A DNA stretch of 64,000 bases from an uncultured Gemmatimonadales bacterium. GTDB lineage: Bacteria > Gemmatimonadota > Gemmatimonadetes > Gemmatimonadales > GWC2-71-9. The translations under genes and the position numbers were made by a program. The DNA is taken from assembly GCA_963798915.1 (NCBI GenBank), contig CAWCVB010000006.1, positions 224,001-288,000 of the forward strand, given 5' to 3'. Positions within the stretch are counted from its first letter, which is position 1, and the number at the start of each line of letters is the position of its first letter. Under the pieces are notes generated by a model, which ran no database searches, was not told the DNA's origin, and worked only from the letters and a program-made list of their open reading frames with translations. Positions 38,140 through 48,861 of this stretch are shown one piece after another.

Positions 38140-39435
38140 TCAGGGATAGAGCCGGTGCAGCTGACGGGGGAACGCAATGGCCTCGCGGATGTGGGGCAGC
38201 CCGCAAATCCATGCCACGGCACGCTCGACGCCAAGCCCGAATCCCGAGTGCACAAAGCTGCCGTACCTGCGCAGGTCCAGATACCAGCCGTAGGCGTCCG
38301 GGTTGAGCCCCTGCGCCTTGATGCGTGCAAGGAGTCGCTCGTAGTCATCCTCGCGCTGGGATCCGCCGATGATCTCGCCGTACCCCTCAGGGGCCAGGCA
38401 GTCATTGTTCAGTACCGTCCGCGGGTCGGCCGGATTCTCTTTCATGTAGAATGCCTTCACCTCGCGCGGATAATTGAACACGAAGACGGGCCGGTCGTAC
38501 TCCTGGGCAAGCAGCGTCTCATCGTCGCCACCGAGATCGCGCCCCCATTCGATATCCGATCCCAGCTGCCTGAGCCGGGTCACCGCGTCCGTGTAGGAGA
38601 TGCGGTGAAAGGGCGCCTGCACGTGCGCGAGTGGCGCCGTGTCGCGCTCCAGTTCCGCCAGTTCCGCCGAACGGCGATCGAGGACTCGCGCCACGACAAA
38701 GCTGAGGAACTCTTCCTGCAGCCGCATGTTGTCGTCCGAGTCATTGAAGGCGACCTCCGGCTCGACCATCCAGAACTCGGTCAGATGCCGGCGCGTCTTG
38801 CTCTTCTCGGCCCGGAAGGTGGGCCCGAAGCAGTAGACCCGGCCAAGGGCCGCGGCGGCGGCCTCGAGGTACAACTGGCCGGTCTGGGCCAGGTAGGCGG
38901 TGCCCAGGTCGAAATATTCGGTGGCAAACAGGTTGCCGGCCTCTTCCCCGATGGCGCCGGTCAGGATCGGCGTGTCCACCAGGGTGAAGTCGCGCTCGTA
39001 AAAGAAGTCCCGGACGCCCTGAACGAACTCGTGGCGCACGCGGGCGATTGCCGCCTGGCGGCGGCTCCGCAGCCACAGGTGTCTATGTTCGAAGAGGAAA
39101 GGCGTCCCATGCTCTTTAGGAGAGATGGGGAAATTGGGACTTGCTCCGAGAACGTCGATTTGCCGGATACCAAGCTCAACGCCTCCCGGCGATCGCGCGT
39201 CGGGACGCACCTCGCCGGTCAGCGCGACGCTGGTCTCCTGGGTGAGCTCCGTGAAACGCGCCCAGACGTCCTCCTCCACCTCCTTCTGCGAAACGATTCC
39301 CTGAACCACACCGGAGCCGTCCCGAATGACCACAAACGCGATCTTCCCGCTTGAGCGCGTGGTCATCACCCAGCCGCGCACCGTCACCTCCTGGCCGGTG
39401 AGGCTGCCCAGTTCGCTGATTCGTGCCACGGTCAT
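38140..39435 (-). CDS. asnS: Asparagine--tRNA ligase
   Basis: RHLWLRS, YLAQTGQLYLE, FRAEKSKTRRHLTEFWM, EIIGGSQRE, HSGFGLGVER. Confidence 0.97.
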   Translation of the reverse strand: MTVARISELGSLTGQEVTVRGWVMTTRSSGKIAFVVIRDGSGVVQGIVSQKEVEEDVWARFTELTQETSVALTGEVRPDARSPGGVELGIRQIDVLGASPNFPISPKEHGTPFLFEHRHLWLRSRRQAAIARVRHEFVQGVRDFFYERDFTLVDTPILTGAIGEEAGNLFATEYFDLGTAYLAQTGQLYLEAAAAALGRVYCFGPTFRAEKSKTRRHLTEFWMVEPEVAFNDSDDNMRLQEEFLSFVVARVLDRRSAELAELERDTAPLAHVQAPFHRISYTDAVTRLRQLGSDIEWGRDLGGDDETLLAQEYDRPVFVFNYPREVKAFYMKENPADPRTVLNNDCLAPEGYGEIIGGSQREDDYERLLARIKAQGLNPDAYGWYLDLRRYGSFVHSGFGLGVERAVAWICGLPHIREAIAFPRQLHRLYP

Positions 39436-39460
39436 GGGAAAACCATTGAGAAAATGGACA

Positions 39461-40525
39461 TTGCGTGTGGGAGGCTGGAGTCTAGCGGCGCTGGGAATGA
39501 GCGTCAACGCAGCGTGCATCAACTTTCACCCGCCGCCCGAGCCAATTCCGCCAGCGGCGGCTGGCGATGCGCCCGCGGAGGCGTGGGTTGCCAGCACAGC
39601 CCGGGGGGTATCCGCACCCCTGGCCGTCACCGGCCGGATCTTGGTGGCGGCGGCAGCCAACCGCCGGATGGTGGCGCTCTCGACCGATTCAGCGCAGACG
39701 CTCTGGACCGTGCATTTGCCCGGCGAGGCAACCGGTGGAGTGCTCGCGGGGGACGGCCGGCTGTATGTGGGTACTGGCCGCCCGTCCGGTCGCATCGAGG
39801 CCGTGTCGCTGGCCGGGAAGCCCGTCTGGAGCACGCGCACCGGCCAGATCACGTCGCCCTTGACGAGAGTGGGTGACATGATCACGGCCATGAACGACCA
39901 CCAGCAGCTCGTGGCCATCAATGCGACCACCGGCCGGCTGCGTTGGCAACGCCACGCGGGGAGTTCACGAACCGCACCTGCTGACGCAGGCGGAGGATTG
40001 GTCCTGGTCACCACCATGGACTCGCTGCTGCTGTTCGAAACATCGGCAGGGCGCGTGGTTGCTCGCCGGCCCGCGCGGGGCGTGAGTCTGAGCGGCTGGA
40101 CACGGGTTGGGTCATGGCTGGTGAGCGGCACATCCGACTCTGCGGTGGTTGGGCTCGATCCCGGCACGCTCGAGGATGCATGGCGGGTGCACACCGATGC
40201 GCCGGTGCTCGGGCCGGTGGCCGTGAAGGGCGACACCATCTGGGCGGCTTCGCGCATAGGCACCGTGTACGAAATTACCGGCACGAACGCTCCCTCTTCT
40301 CGAGTCGTCGCGCGCCTGGGATGGCCCCTGACATCCGGCGTGGCCGCAATGGGCGACGACCTGGTTGTCGGGGGCGCGGACGGTGTCCTTCGGGGGCTGA
40401 ATCATGATGGGTCGGAGCACTGGCGGGTCCAGGTCTGGCCCGCGGTGGATGTCCCTCCGGTGCCACTTCCGGACGGCTTCCTCGCCATCGGAGGCGCTGG
40501 CGACTTGCACCGGTTCATCCGATGA
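39461..40525 (+). CDS. PQQ-like beta-propeller repeat protein (BamB-like), probable lipoprotein
   Basis: Repeated A.D..TG..RW-type blades; possible lipobox NAA-C; start uncertain (TTG 39446 or 39461, ATG 39497). Confidence 0.75.
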   Translation: MRVGGWSLAALGMSVNAACINFHPPPEPIPPAAAGDAPAEAWVASTARGVSAPLAVTGRILVAAAANRRMVALSTDSAQTLWTVHLPGEATGGVLAGDGRLYVGTGRPSGRIEAVSLAGKPVWSTRTGQITSPLTRVGDMITAMNDHQQLVAINATTGRLRWQRHAGSSRTAPADAGGGLVLVTTMDSLLLFETSAGRVVARRPARGVSLSGWTRVGSWLVSGTSDSAVVGLDPGTLEDAWRVHTDAPVLGPVAVKGDTIWAASRIGTVYEITGTNAPSSRVVARLGWPLTSGVAAMGDDLVVGGADGVLRGLNHDGSEHWRVQVWPAVDVPPVPLPDGFLAIGGAGDLHRFIR

Positions 40526-40977
40526 GACGCTCGCTTTCAGGTGCCGCCCTCCTCCTCATCGTGTGGAGCACCGCCGTCCAGGCCCAGGGCAGCCCGGCGC
40601 TCGTGAAATACGGCAAGTGGCTGCTCGTCTCTGGCGCCATCGGCATGAATGTCGCCGCGGCCCATGCCCACCATGATGCCGACGGGTTCTTCGCTCAGTT
40701 GAATGACCGGTGCGCCGAGGATCCGACGCTCTGCATGGTAGGCTCGGGCGGGGCTTATCTCGACCAGGAGAGTGAGCGGCTCTATCAGGCGTCCGTGGCG
40801 CTCGACCACCGCGCCCGCAACTGGCTGATCGGCGGTGAGGCCGCCGCACTTGGCGCCGCGGTGATGTTTGTCTGGGAATTCGCCCGACCCAAGGGCCCGC
40901 CAGACAATATTCCCTTCGAACCGAAGGTGAGCATCCAGCCCTCCCGGACCGACTTGGGAGTATCCATTCGCTTCTGA
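40522..40977 (+). CDS. Small exported/membrane hypothetical protein
   Basis: Signal peptide AVQA-Q, two hydrophobic helices, terminal DLGVSIRF; ATGA overlap with the upstream gene. Confidence 0.75.
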   Translation: MRRSLSGAALLLIVWSTAVQAQGSPALVKYGKWLLVSGAIGMNVAAAHAHHDADGFFAQLNDRCAEDPTLCMVGSGGAYLDQESERLYQASVALDHRARNWLIGGEAAALGAAVMFVWEFARPKGPPDNIPFEPKVSIQPSRTDLGVSIRF

Positions 40978-41032
40978 GCAGCGCATGGGAAGCGCTGTGC
41001 CCACCACACTCACCGCTCGCTGGTTCGCGCAG

Positions 41033-41392
41033 TCACCGCTTTGGGCGATGGGCGACCGCGCCGCCGATCATGCCGGTCACGATGCCCGTCAGGGTGCCGA
41101 TCCCGATCACGTTGCCCGGCACATCATGCAACCCGAACGACACAATCGTCCCCAGGAAGCTGCTCACGCTGGCGGCGATGGCGCCGCCCCGGGCGCTTCC
41201 CATGCGCCCGGCGCGGTGGGACCATTTGCCGAACATGATGCCAGTGGCAAACCCGATCAGCGAGCCGAGAATCGGGAATCCGTTCCTGATCGGCTCCACC
41301 CAATGCCCCAGCACGACCATAGCGACCTGCAGGAGCGTCCCGATGATCGTCGCCCTGGCCAGTGCGCCGCGCGATTCCACTGTCGCATCCAT
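41033..41392 (-). CDS. Small Gly-rich membrane protein (about 4 TM)
   Basis: ATG 41392 with GGAG RBS; four hydrophobic segments with GxxxG motifs. Confidence 0.75.
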   Translation of the reverse strand: MDATVESRGALARATIIGTLLQVAMVVLGHWVEPIRNGFPILGSLIGFATGIMFGKWSHRAGRMGSARGGAIAASVSSFLGTIVSFGLHDVPGNVIGIGTLTGIVTGMIGGAVAHRPKR

Positions 41393-41429
41393 GGTGCTCT
41401 CCCAGTCTGAGAAAGAACTCCCGCTGGTG

Positions 41430-43521
41430 TCAGCCGGTGCGAAAGAATTCCGCCGCTCGCGGGAAACGCTCCATGATCCTCGCCCGCAGGACCCGGTTGG
41501 CGGAACTGACGAGCGCCGGGTCGTCGTCCAGGATGGCATCGGCGCGAATCCGTGCGATGGCGAGGAGGCCATCATCCTCCGGCACACGGGCAAACCGCAC
41601 GGCAAAGCCGCCTGACTGGCGAGTGCCGATCAGGTCACCCAGCCCGCGCTCCTGCAGGTCCATTTCGGCGATGCGAAAACCATCGTCAGTTGCTGCGAAC
41701 GCCTGAAGTCGTCTGGTCTCGCTCGCCGGAGCCGAGCAGGATGCAGTAACTCTCGGCGCCACCGCGTCCCACCCGTCCACGCAGCTGGTGCAACTGCGCG
41801 AGCCCGAACCGCTCGGGATGGTCAATCACCATGATCGTAGCGTTGGCCACATCGATGCCAACCTCGATCACCGTGGTCGCAACCAGGACACGGATCGCAC
41901 CCGAGCGGAAGCGCCGCATGACCGCATCCCGTTCCTCCGGCTTCAGGCGGCCGTGCACCAGCCCCACCTCGAGATCGGGCCAGTCGGCCGCAAGCTGGCG
42001 AGCCATGGTGCTCGCCGCCCGAAGATCAGCACGCTCCGACTCTTCGATGACCGGAAGCACGATATACGCCTGACCACCGTCGCGACATGCTTCGGCCACA
42101 AACTGGAAGACCCGGCTTCGCTGTTTGGGGCTGCGCACTGCGGTCCGGATGCTCCCTCGACCGGGCGGGCGCTCCCGCAGGATCGACACATCCAGGTCGC
42201 CAAACCGGGTCAGTGCGAGCGAGCGCGGGATCGGCGTAGCCGAGAGCAGCAGCACGTCGGGCGCGTCCCCCTTGCCGATCAGCGCCGCACGTTGCTCGAC
42301 CCCGAACCGGTGCTGTTCGTCGATGACCACCAGGCCCAGCCGGTCAAACGCAACGCCCTCCTGGAACAGGGCGTGGGTGCCAACCACGAGCTGGGCGCTG
42401 CCCGAGGCAAGCCGGTCACGTGCCGCACTCTTGGCGCCAGCCGCAAGCCGCCCCAGGAGCAGTTCCGGCGCCAGCTGCAGCGGCTCGAGCAGGCGCGACA
42501 GGGTGGCGTGGTGCTGCTCGGCCAGGAGTTCGGTCGGCGCCATCAGGGCCGCCTGGCGGCCATTCTCCAGCGCCAGCAGCATGGCAAACAGCGCGACGAT
42601 GGTCTTTCCCGTGCCGACGTCTCCCATCAGCAGCCGATGCATCCGCCGAGGGCTGGTCATGTCCTCCACCACCTCGCCGAGGGCCCGCTTCTGGTCGCCG
42701 GTCAGTTCGTACGGCAGGGCCGAGCGCAATTCCGTGGTCAGGGTGCGCTTGAGCTCGAACTCAAAGCCGCCGGCCCTCTCCCGTCGCGCCAGGCGACGGG
42801 CCCTGCCTAACGTCAATTGGAGGTCAAGCAGCTCGTCGAAGGCGAGCCGCTGCCGGCCCCGCTCAGCTTCATCCGCAGTGGCCGGCCGATGGACCATGCG
42901 AAGGGCCTCGCCGAGCGGTACGACATTCGCCGCTCGGCGCAGCGAGTCGGGCAAGGTGTCGCTCACCAGCGCCAGGAGAGTCTCGAGGTTGCGCTCGATC
43001 AGCGCACGCAACACTCGATGCGACAGACCCTCAGTTGCGGGATACACCGGCAACACCCGGCCCGCGTCGAGCGGGTTTTCGCTCTCATCCTCGGCGAGGA
43101 TCACATACTCGCGCGGCGCCATCTGCCGGCCGTGGTAGAACCGGATCGGGCCAGCGACGAGCAGCGCCTGCCCCTTCGCAATGGTACGGTCGAGGAAGGG
43201 TTGGCCTGGCCAGACGCACTCCAGCACGCCTGAGCCGTCACGGATCACCACACTGAAGATGCGGAGCCCGCGGCGCGTCGGGGTGACCGCTTTGGTGATC
43301 ACCATGCCGACGCAGGCCACGTCGTCGCCCACGCGCGCGCGCGCCACGGGCGTGACGCTCGACGCATCGATATAGCGGTGAGGAATGTGAAACAGCAGGT
43401 CGCCAGCCGTGACGATGCCCAGGCGCCCAAGGGCATCGGCGCGACGTTCGCCGACGCCCTTCAGGAACTTGACCGGCGTGTCCAGCTGCAGACCGGATGC
43501 CGGCCGCTGGCGCGTGGTCAG
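41430..43521 (-). pseudogene. recG: ATP-dependent DNA helicase RecG, frameshift near 41715-41735 (possibly a sequencing error)
   Basis: LKGVG, GDVGTGKT, DEQHRFGV, SATPIPRSL, QLHQLRGRVGRG; C-terminal DGFRIAEMDLQERG.G...GTRQSG lies in another frame; frame open upstream to CTG 43521. Confidence 0.9.
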
Positions 43522-44447
43522 GGCCTGCCGTCCTCGAGCAATGAGGCAGCGAAGGCGTGCGCGTCAAATGGCACGAGATCCGCGAGGCCCTCGCCGGTGC
43601 CAAGAAAGCGAATGGGCATCCCGAGCTCGCGCCGAAGCGCAGCCACCGCCCCGCCCCGGGCGCTGCCGTCGAGCTTGGTCACGATGATTCCGGTGGGTGG
43701 AATGGCCTGGGCAAAGAGTCGTCCCTGCTGGATGGCATTCTGGCCCACTGTTCCGTCCAGTACCAGGAGCGCCTCATGCGGCGCGCCTTCCACCCTCCGG
43801 GCCGCCACTCGCGCCACCTTCCGCAATTCATCCATCAGTCCTTCCTGCGTATGCAGCCGGCCGGCGGTGTCCACCAGCACAGTGTCCGCGCCCCGTGCGA
43901 CGGCGGCATCGACTGCATTGAACACCACCGCGGCGGGATCCCCTCCGGGCGCTCCACTGACGCAGGGCACGCCAAGGCGCTCCGCCCAGATCTGGAGCTG
44001 GGCGATGGCCCCGGCGCGATAGGTGTCGGCCGCAGCCAGCAGCACCCTCCGCTGGTGACTCACCAGCCGATGCGCCAGCTTGGCCACGCTGGTCGTCTTG
44101 CCTACACCGTTGACACCCATCATGAGCACGATGGTGGGCCCCGGACTCGCGGCCACGATCGAGGCCGGCTCGCCCGGGGATACCAGCAATCCCGCCAGCC
44201 GCTCCACCAGCCGGTCGTGCAGGTCGCGGTCGGTCCTGACCTTGCCATCGCGAATCAGGCGCTCAAGTTCGTCCGTCAATTCCAGTGTGGTGGCGACCCC
44301 GAAATCGGCTTCGATCAATATGCGCTCGATCTGCTCGAGGTCGTCCTGCTTCAGCCCGCGCACCAGTGCACCGACGTCGGTCATCGCAAACTGACGAATG
44401 CGCTGCCACACCGACAGCTTGCTGTCGCCGACACGTCCGGCGGTCAT
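43518..44447 (-). CDS. ftsY: Signal recognition particle receptor FtsY
   Basis: GVNGVGKTT, DTYRAGA, DTAGRLH, TKLDGSARGG, GTGE; ATG 44447 with GGGAG RBS. Confidence 0.96.
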   Translation of the reverse strand: MTAGRVGDSKLSVWQRIRQFAMTDVGALVRGLKQDDLEQIERILIEADFGVATTLELTDELERLIRDGKVRTDRDLHDRLVERLAGLLVSPGEPASIVAASPGPTIVLMMGVNGVGKTTSVAKLAHRLVSHQRRVLLAAADTYRAGAIAQLQIWAERLGVPCVSGAPGGDPAAVVFNAVDAAVARGADTVLVDTAGRLHTQEGLMDELRKVARVAARRVEGAPHEALLVLDGTVGQNAIQQGRLFAQAIPPTGIIVTKLDGSARGGAVAALRRELGMPIRFLGTGEGLADLVPFDAHAFAASLLEDGRP

Positions 44448-44479
44448 GCTCGCTCCCATCCGCAAGAGTTCATCATGAA

Positions 44480-46279
44480 TTATCGCAATCCCAGACGGCG
44501 GCGCCACCACCATTCCAGTGCAAGCGTGAGGATTGCAAGGCCGAAGAGCCAGCGCCAGTCGCGCGCGGCGGAACGTCCGGTCGGGACCACGCTCCGGGGC
44601 AGTTGGGCCGCGAGCGACTGCGAGCGCGGCAAGAGCTCGTCCGAGTAGCGCTCGACTGCCGCGCGCCCATGACCGCCCCGGTCGAGCCGCCACTCATATT
44701 TGCCGGGCGGCAGCCACAGCTGGGCCCGGCCGGCGGCGTCAAAGCGCAGTGTATCCGTTCCCGAGAGCGAATCGCCCGACCACGCGATGGCCAGATTCGT
44801 GGGGGAAGCGTTGCCGTTCCAGTCGAAGACCAAGGGTGTTCCCTGCTGCACCACTGTCCGCAGCAGTCTGGCGGCGCCCGGCGAGGTATCGGGCGCGGCC
44901 AACAGCCAACTGGTTGCGGCCGCCACCAGATTGCGGTACGCCTGTTCACCCTGCCCGCCCCGGAAATCCCAGCGCCAGAGGCCATCAATCGCAACCGTCA
45001 CCACCCGGCGATTGCCTTGCACTTGCCCCACAACGGCCGGGCGACGGGGACCGCGCCGACGGTCCTGCGCCTCCAGGGCCACCCAGTCTCCTGGCGACGG
45101 CGAAATTGTGGTCAGCCGGGTGGCTGGAGCAAGCGAATCAACAGGCAGCCCGAGAAATGCGCCACTGAGCGGAGTTCCCGACTGGGTCGAGATGTACCAG
45201 TCGCCCGTTGCGGCCGGCGCACCGGCCTGGCCAGAGGGCCAGAGGAGCAAGCCGCGGGCACGCGCGCCTGAGGTGAAGGGACGAGGATTCCCCTTGAGGA
45301 CCAGCAGGTCTGCGCCCCGTGCCGCGCGGGCCACGTCCTCGCTCGGCGCCACCTTCAGATCGCTCATCGAGCGGTATCGGCCCTGGCCCAGTTCGACATA
45401 GCCACGCACCGGGAGTTGGGCCACTTCGCGCAGCGTTCGGAAGAGCGTCCGCGAATCCCAGTCTCCTGGAGTAGCCACGAGGACGACGCCGGGCGTCGGG
45501 GCAACCGACACGGCCAGGATACGTGTGTCGGTGCGTGGCTCGCTGTCGGCATGCTCCAGGCTGAGAGTCAGCAGATGCATGCCTGCACCGAGACCGCGCG
45601 AACTGACCGCAAACCGCACCTGCTCGGCACCACCGGCAGCGAGATGAATCCGGTGCTGGCCCAGCATCCGCTCGCCATCTCGCACAGTGAGCGCCAACTC
45701 GCGCGCAGCGGCGCCGGACATGGCGCGTGCTTCTAAATCAATTGGAATCGAGTCCCCAGCCGTCACCCTGGACGGACCAGCCGCCCGGGACAGGGCGTAG
45801 TCGGGGACGGAGTCCCGCTGGAAGATGACGACGCGAGCACGGTCCCTCAGGTCCGGGGTGAGCTCGGCAGCGTCGTCAAGCTCACCGTCCGTGACGACAA
45901 CAACCGGGCGATCTGAGGCGGCCGCCGCCGTCAATGCCGGGGCCAGCCGCGAATGACCCCGGTTCGGCGCCGTATCAGCCGTGGACCGCTCGTCACCGAA
46001 GAACTGCACGTCGCCGAGCCGCGAAGCCGAGTCACGCGCCTGGGCCCAATGCCCACCAGGGACCTGCATGCTGAGCGACGCATCCAGGAGCACGATGGCG
46101 CGGCGGGACGCGGAGCGGACCGGAAACGAGACATTGAGGACGAGGAGGACGAGCGCTGACCAGGCGACGCCCCGTGCGAGCAGCGGACCCAGCAGCGCCC
46201 GCCCACCGCGCTCGAGAAACAGGTACGTAAGGGTGGCCAGGCCGAAGCCGGCCGCCAGCGCAGCCAGGATGAGGATCAC
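44480..46279 (-). CDS. Membrane-anchored vWA-domain protein
   Basis: N-terminal TMs, MIDAS LLDASLSM and VVTDG, C-terminal TM ending LEWWWRRRLGL. Confidence 0.78.
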   Translation of the reverse strand: MILILAALAAGFGLATLTYLFLERGGRALLGPLLARGVAWSALVLLVLNVSFPVRSASRRAIVLLDASLSMQVPGGHWAQARDSASRLGDVQFFGDERSTADTAPNRGHSRLAPALTAAAASDRPVVVVTDGELDDAAELTPDLRDRARVVIFQRDSVPDYALSRAAGPSRVTAGDSIPIDLEARAMSGAAARELALTVRDGERMLGQHRIHLAAGGAEQVRFAVSSRGLGAGMHLLTLSLEHADSEPRTDTRILAVSVAPTPGVVLVATPGDWDSRTLFRTLREVAQLPVRGYVELGQGRYRSMSDLKVAPSEDVARAARGADLLVLKGNPRPFTSGARARGLLLWPSGQAGAPAATGDWYISTQSGTPLSGAFLGLPVDSLAPATRLTTISPSPGDWVALEAQDRRRGPRRPAVVGQVQGNRRVVTVAIDGLWRWDFRGGQGEQAYRNLVAAATSWLLAAPDTSPGAARLLRTVVQQGTPLVFDWNGNASPTNLAIAWSGDSLSGTDTLRFDAAGRAQLWLPPGKYEWRLDRGGHGRAAVERYSDELLPRSQSLAAQLPRSVVPTGRSAARDWRWLFGLAILTLALEWWWRRRLGLR

Positions 46280-46343
46280 GGGTACAAGATGCCGCGGTTG
46301 CGGCGGGGATCCAACTCGGGGAAAGCAATCACTGCCACAGCTA

Positions 46344-46362
46344 CGGGCCGGCTGACGGCCCG
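46344..46362. terminator. GC hairpin after the M23 peptidase gene (possible terminator)
   Basis: CGGGCCG-GCTGA-CGGCCCG; no U-tract on the minus strand. Confidence 0.3.
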
Positions 46363-46372
46363 GTTTCGGACG

Positions 46373-47641
46373 TCAGTTCGTGGCCACCGCGGCCATGATC
46401 TGGATCGGCCCTGACGGGGTCTCGTAGAGCATCGCGGCGAGACGCTCGCGGTCCTGGTCGAATGCCTTCCGCTCCGACTTGGCCACTGGAGCGCCGTTGC
46501 CAAGCTCCACCCGACGGGAATCCTTCGCGACCCCGTTCACCCGGAACTCGTAGTGAAGATGCGGGCCGGTGGCGAGCCCGGTCTGGCCCACCTTGCCGAT
46601 AATCTGTCCCTGGTGAACCTTGGCTCCCCGATGGGTGAGAATCCGACTCAGATGACCGTAGCGGGTCGTGATGCCGTTCCGATGGCGGATCTCAATCAGG
46701 TTCCCGTATCCGCCGGCCCGACCGGCCCGGATCACCGTTCCATCACCAGATGCCATGACCGGCGTTCCGACATTTGCGGCAAAGTCGGTGCCCTCATGCT
46801 TGCGGGTATAGCCAAGCACCGGGTGGAACCGCGCCCGGGTAAATCCGGAGGAAATTCGGCGGAACTCGACCGGCGCGCGCAGGAACGCACGCTTGAGTGA
46901 GTTGCCGTCGGCATCGTAGAAGCTGCTCCCGTCGGCCCCGGCAAAACGGAACGCGGTATACTGCCGGTTGTCCACGGACAGATCGCTCGCCAGGACCCGC
47001 CCGAAGCGAACCTCACCTTCATCAGAGACCAGGCGTTCGAGCACCACGGTGAAGTGGTCACCGGCCCTGATGTCACGGGAGAAGTCCACTTCCCAGGCAA
47101 AGACATCGGCCAGGGCCCAGGCGAGATTCACCCGCTGGCGGTCATCGAGCACGCTATCGGGGATCTGGCGGTCAAGGGCCACGTACAGCGAATTCTGGAT
47201 ATCGCCGGATGCGCGCACCACTTCCGGATGCCAGGCGATGGAATCCACTCCGGCCGACCACTGGTCGGCCTCCCGGCTGAAGAGCACCCGCTGCTCGGGG
47301 CCGGTACGGACGCTGACCCGGTCGGGAACGGAGTCGGTCACTGGGCGACGGAAGTTGAACACCAGCCCGGCGCGAAGCCGGCGCGGGTCAAGCGCATTGG
47401 TGAGGCTCGCCAGGTTGACGCCGACGATCTTGTGTCTGGTGAGCAGCTCGGACAGAGTCTCGCCCGAGTGCAGGGTGTCTACCAGGTGACGGTGGGTTGG
47501 TGCAGCTGGAGTGGTGTCGGCCCCATTTCCGGCGGCCGGTGCTTCGGCGAGCCGGGTCCAGGGCCAGTGTCCTGCTGCCGCGAAATACGCGGCCGCCGTG
47601 AAGACCGCCACGGCGGCCAGATTCCGGAAGCGCATGCTCAA
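46373..47641 (-). CDS. M23 family peptidoglycan endopeptidase (MepM/Csd3-like)
   Basis: HEGTDF (HxxxD), [12 protein letters not shown] (HxH), [12 protein letters not shown] region; start TTG 47641 or ATG 47635. Confidence 0.92.
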   Translation of the reverse strand: MSMRFRNLAAVAVFTAAAYFAAAGHWPWTRLAEAPAAGNGADTTPAAPTHRHLVDTLHSGETLSELLTRHKIVGVNLASLTNALDPRRLRAGLVFNFRRPVTDSVPDRVSVRTGPEQRVLFSREADQWSAGVDSIAWHPEVVRASGDIQNSLYVALDRQIPDSVLDDRQRVNLAWALADVFAWEVDFSRDIRAGDHFTVVLERLVSDEGEVRFGRVLASDLSVDNRQYTAFRFAGADGSSFYDADGNSLKRAFLRAPVEFRRISSGFTRARFHPVLGYTRKHEGTDFAANVGTPVMASGDGTVIRAGRAGGYGNLIEIRHRNGITTRYGHLSRILTHRGAKVHQGQIIGKVGQTGLATGPHLHYEFRVNGVAKDSRRVELGNGAPVAKSERKAFDQDRERLAAMLYETPSGPIQIMAAVATN

Positions 47642-48840
47642 TCCATCTGCCTGCGGATAAAGGTCGGGATTTCCATTTCCGGCATGTCGCCGCTCGAACC
47701 CGCTCCGCTGCCGGAGCTGCCGGCAGCCGGGGCCGGCGGCCGAGGAACTGCTCTGGTCGAACCTGCTGCCGGTGTCTGCATGCCGGCGGAGGCAGCACGC
47801 TTCGTGCCAGCGGCCGGAAACGGCAGCACTGTCGTTCCACCGGCACGCGAGCTGGCGATGCCCTGGTCGGAGCCGGTCACCGCGCGGTCGAAACCGGTGG
47901 CAATGACCGTCACGCGCACTTCGCCGTGCATGGCGGCGTCGCGGCCGGCGCCGAAGATGATTTCCGCCTCGTCACCCACGGCATCGTGGATGATGTCATT
48001 GATCTGGGTCACTTCTCCGAGGGTGAGGTCATCTCCGCCGATGATGTTGATCAGCACGCCGGTGGCGCCGGCAATCGAGACGTTGTCAAGCAAGGGGCTG
48101 GAAATCGCCTGCTGGGCTGCCTCGAGCGCCCGCGTGTCGCCGCGACCGATCCCGGTTCCCATCAGGGCCGCGCCGCCGTTCTGCATCACGGTGCGGACGT
48201 CGGCAAAGTCCACATTGATGATGCCGGTGGCGGTGATCAGGCTGGCGATGCCCTGGGTGGCGTGCAGCAGGACCTCATCGGCCTTCTTGAGCGCATCCTG
48301 GAATGGAATGCCCTTCCCCACGACCGCGAGCAGACGCTCGTTGGGCACGACGATCATCGTATCCACGCTCTTGCGCATCTCGCCGATGCCGTTCTCGGCC
48401 TGCCTCATGCGCTTTCGCCCTTCGAAAAGGAAAGGCTTCGTGACGATGCCGACGGTGAGCGCGCCCGCTTCGCGCGCCAGTTGGGAGATGATGGGAGCGG
48501 CGCCGGTGCCCGTCCCGCCGCCCATGCCGCAGGTGATGAAGACCATGTCCGCCCCCTGCACATGGGGCATGATCTCGTCCCGGTTCTCTTCCATGGCCTG
48601 GCGGCCGATTTCGGGCCGGGCGCCGGCGCCGAGTCCCCGGGTGAGCTTGCGCCCGATCTGCAGTTTCACGTCGGAGCGCGAATTCTCGAGCGCCTGGGCA
48701 TCGGTATTCACCGAAATGAACTCGACGCCCTGCAGTCCCTCTTCGATCATTCGGTTGACCGCATTTCCACCGCCCCCGCCCACGCCGACCACTTTCATCC
48801 GCGCGCTTTGCGCGCCGCTTTCTTCCAGCTCAAAAATCAT
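47638..48840 (-). CDS. ftsZ: Cell division protein FtsZ
   Basis: [30 protein letters not shown]-terminal EIPTFIRRQ. Confidence 0.99.
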   Translation of the reverse strand: MIFELEESGAQSARMKVVGVGGGGGNAVNRMIEEGLQGVEFISVNTDAQALENSRSDVKLQIGRKLTRGLGAGARPEIGRQAMEENRDEIMPHVQGADMVFITCGMGGGTGTGAAPIISQLAREAGALTVGIVTKPFLFEGRKRMRQAENGIGEMRKSVDTMIVVPNERLLAVVGKGIPFQDALKKADEVLLHATQGIASLITATGIINVDFADVRTVMQNGGAALMGTGIGRGDTRALEAAQQAISSPLLDNVSIAGATGVLINIIGGDDLTLGEVTQINDIIHDAVGDEAEIIFGAGRDAAMHGEVRVTVIATGFDRAVTGSDQGIASSRAGGTTVLPFPAAGTKRAASAGMQTPAAGSTRAVPRPPAPAAGSSGSGAGSSGDMPEMEIPTFIRRQMD

Positions 48841-48861
48841 GGCATCCCCTTCCGGCACGAC

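Noticed and set aside
40978..40998. Hairpin between convergent genes as a bidirectional terminator
   Set aside because: Weak stem with no U-tract on either strand.
41686..41688. Selenocysteine read-through of the premature TGA in recG (and in mazG)
   Set aside because: The missing C-termini are in different reading frames, so UGA recoding cannot explain them.
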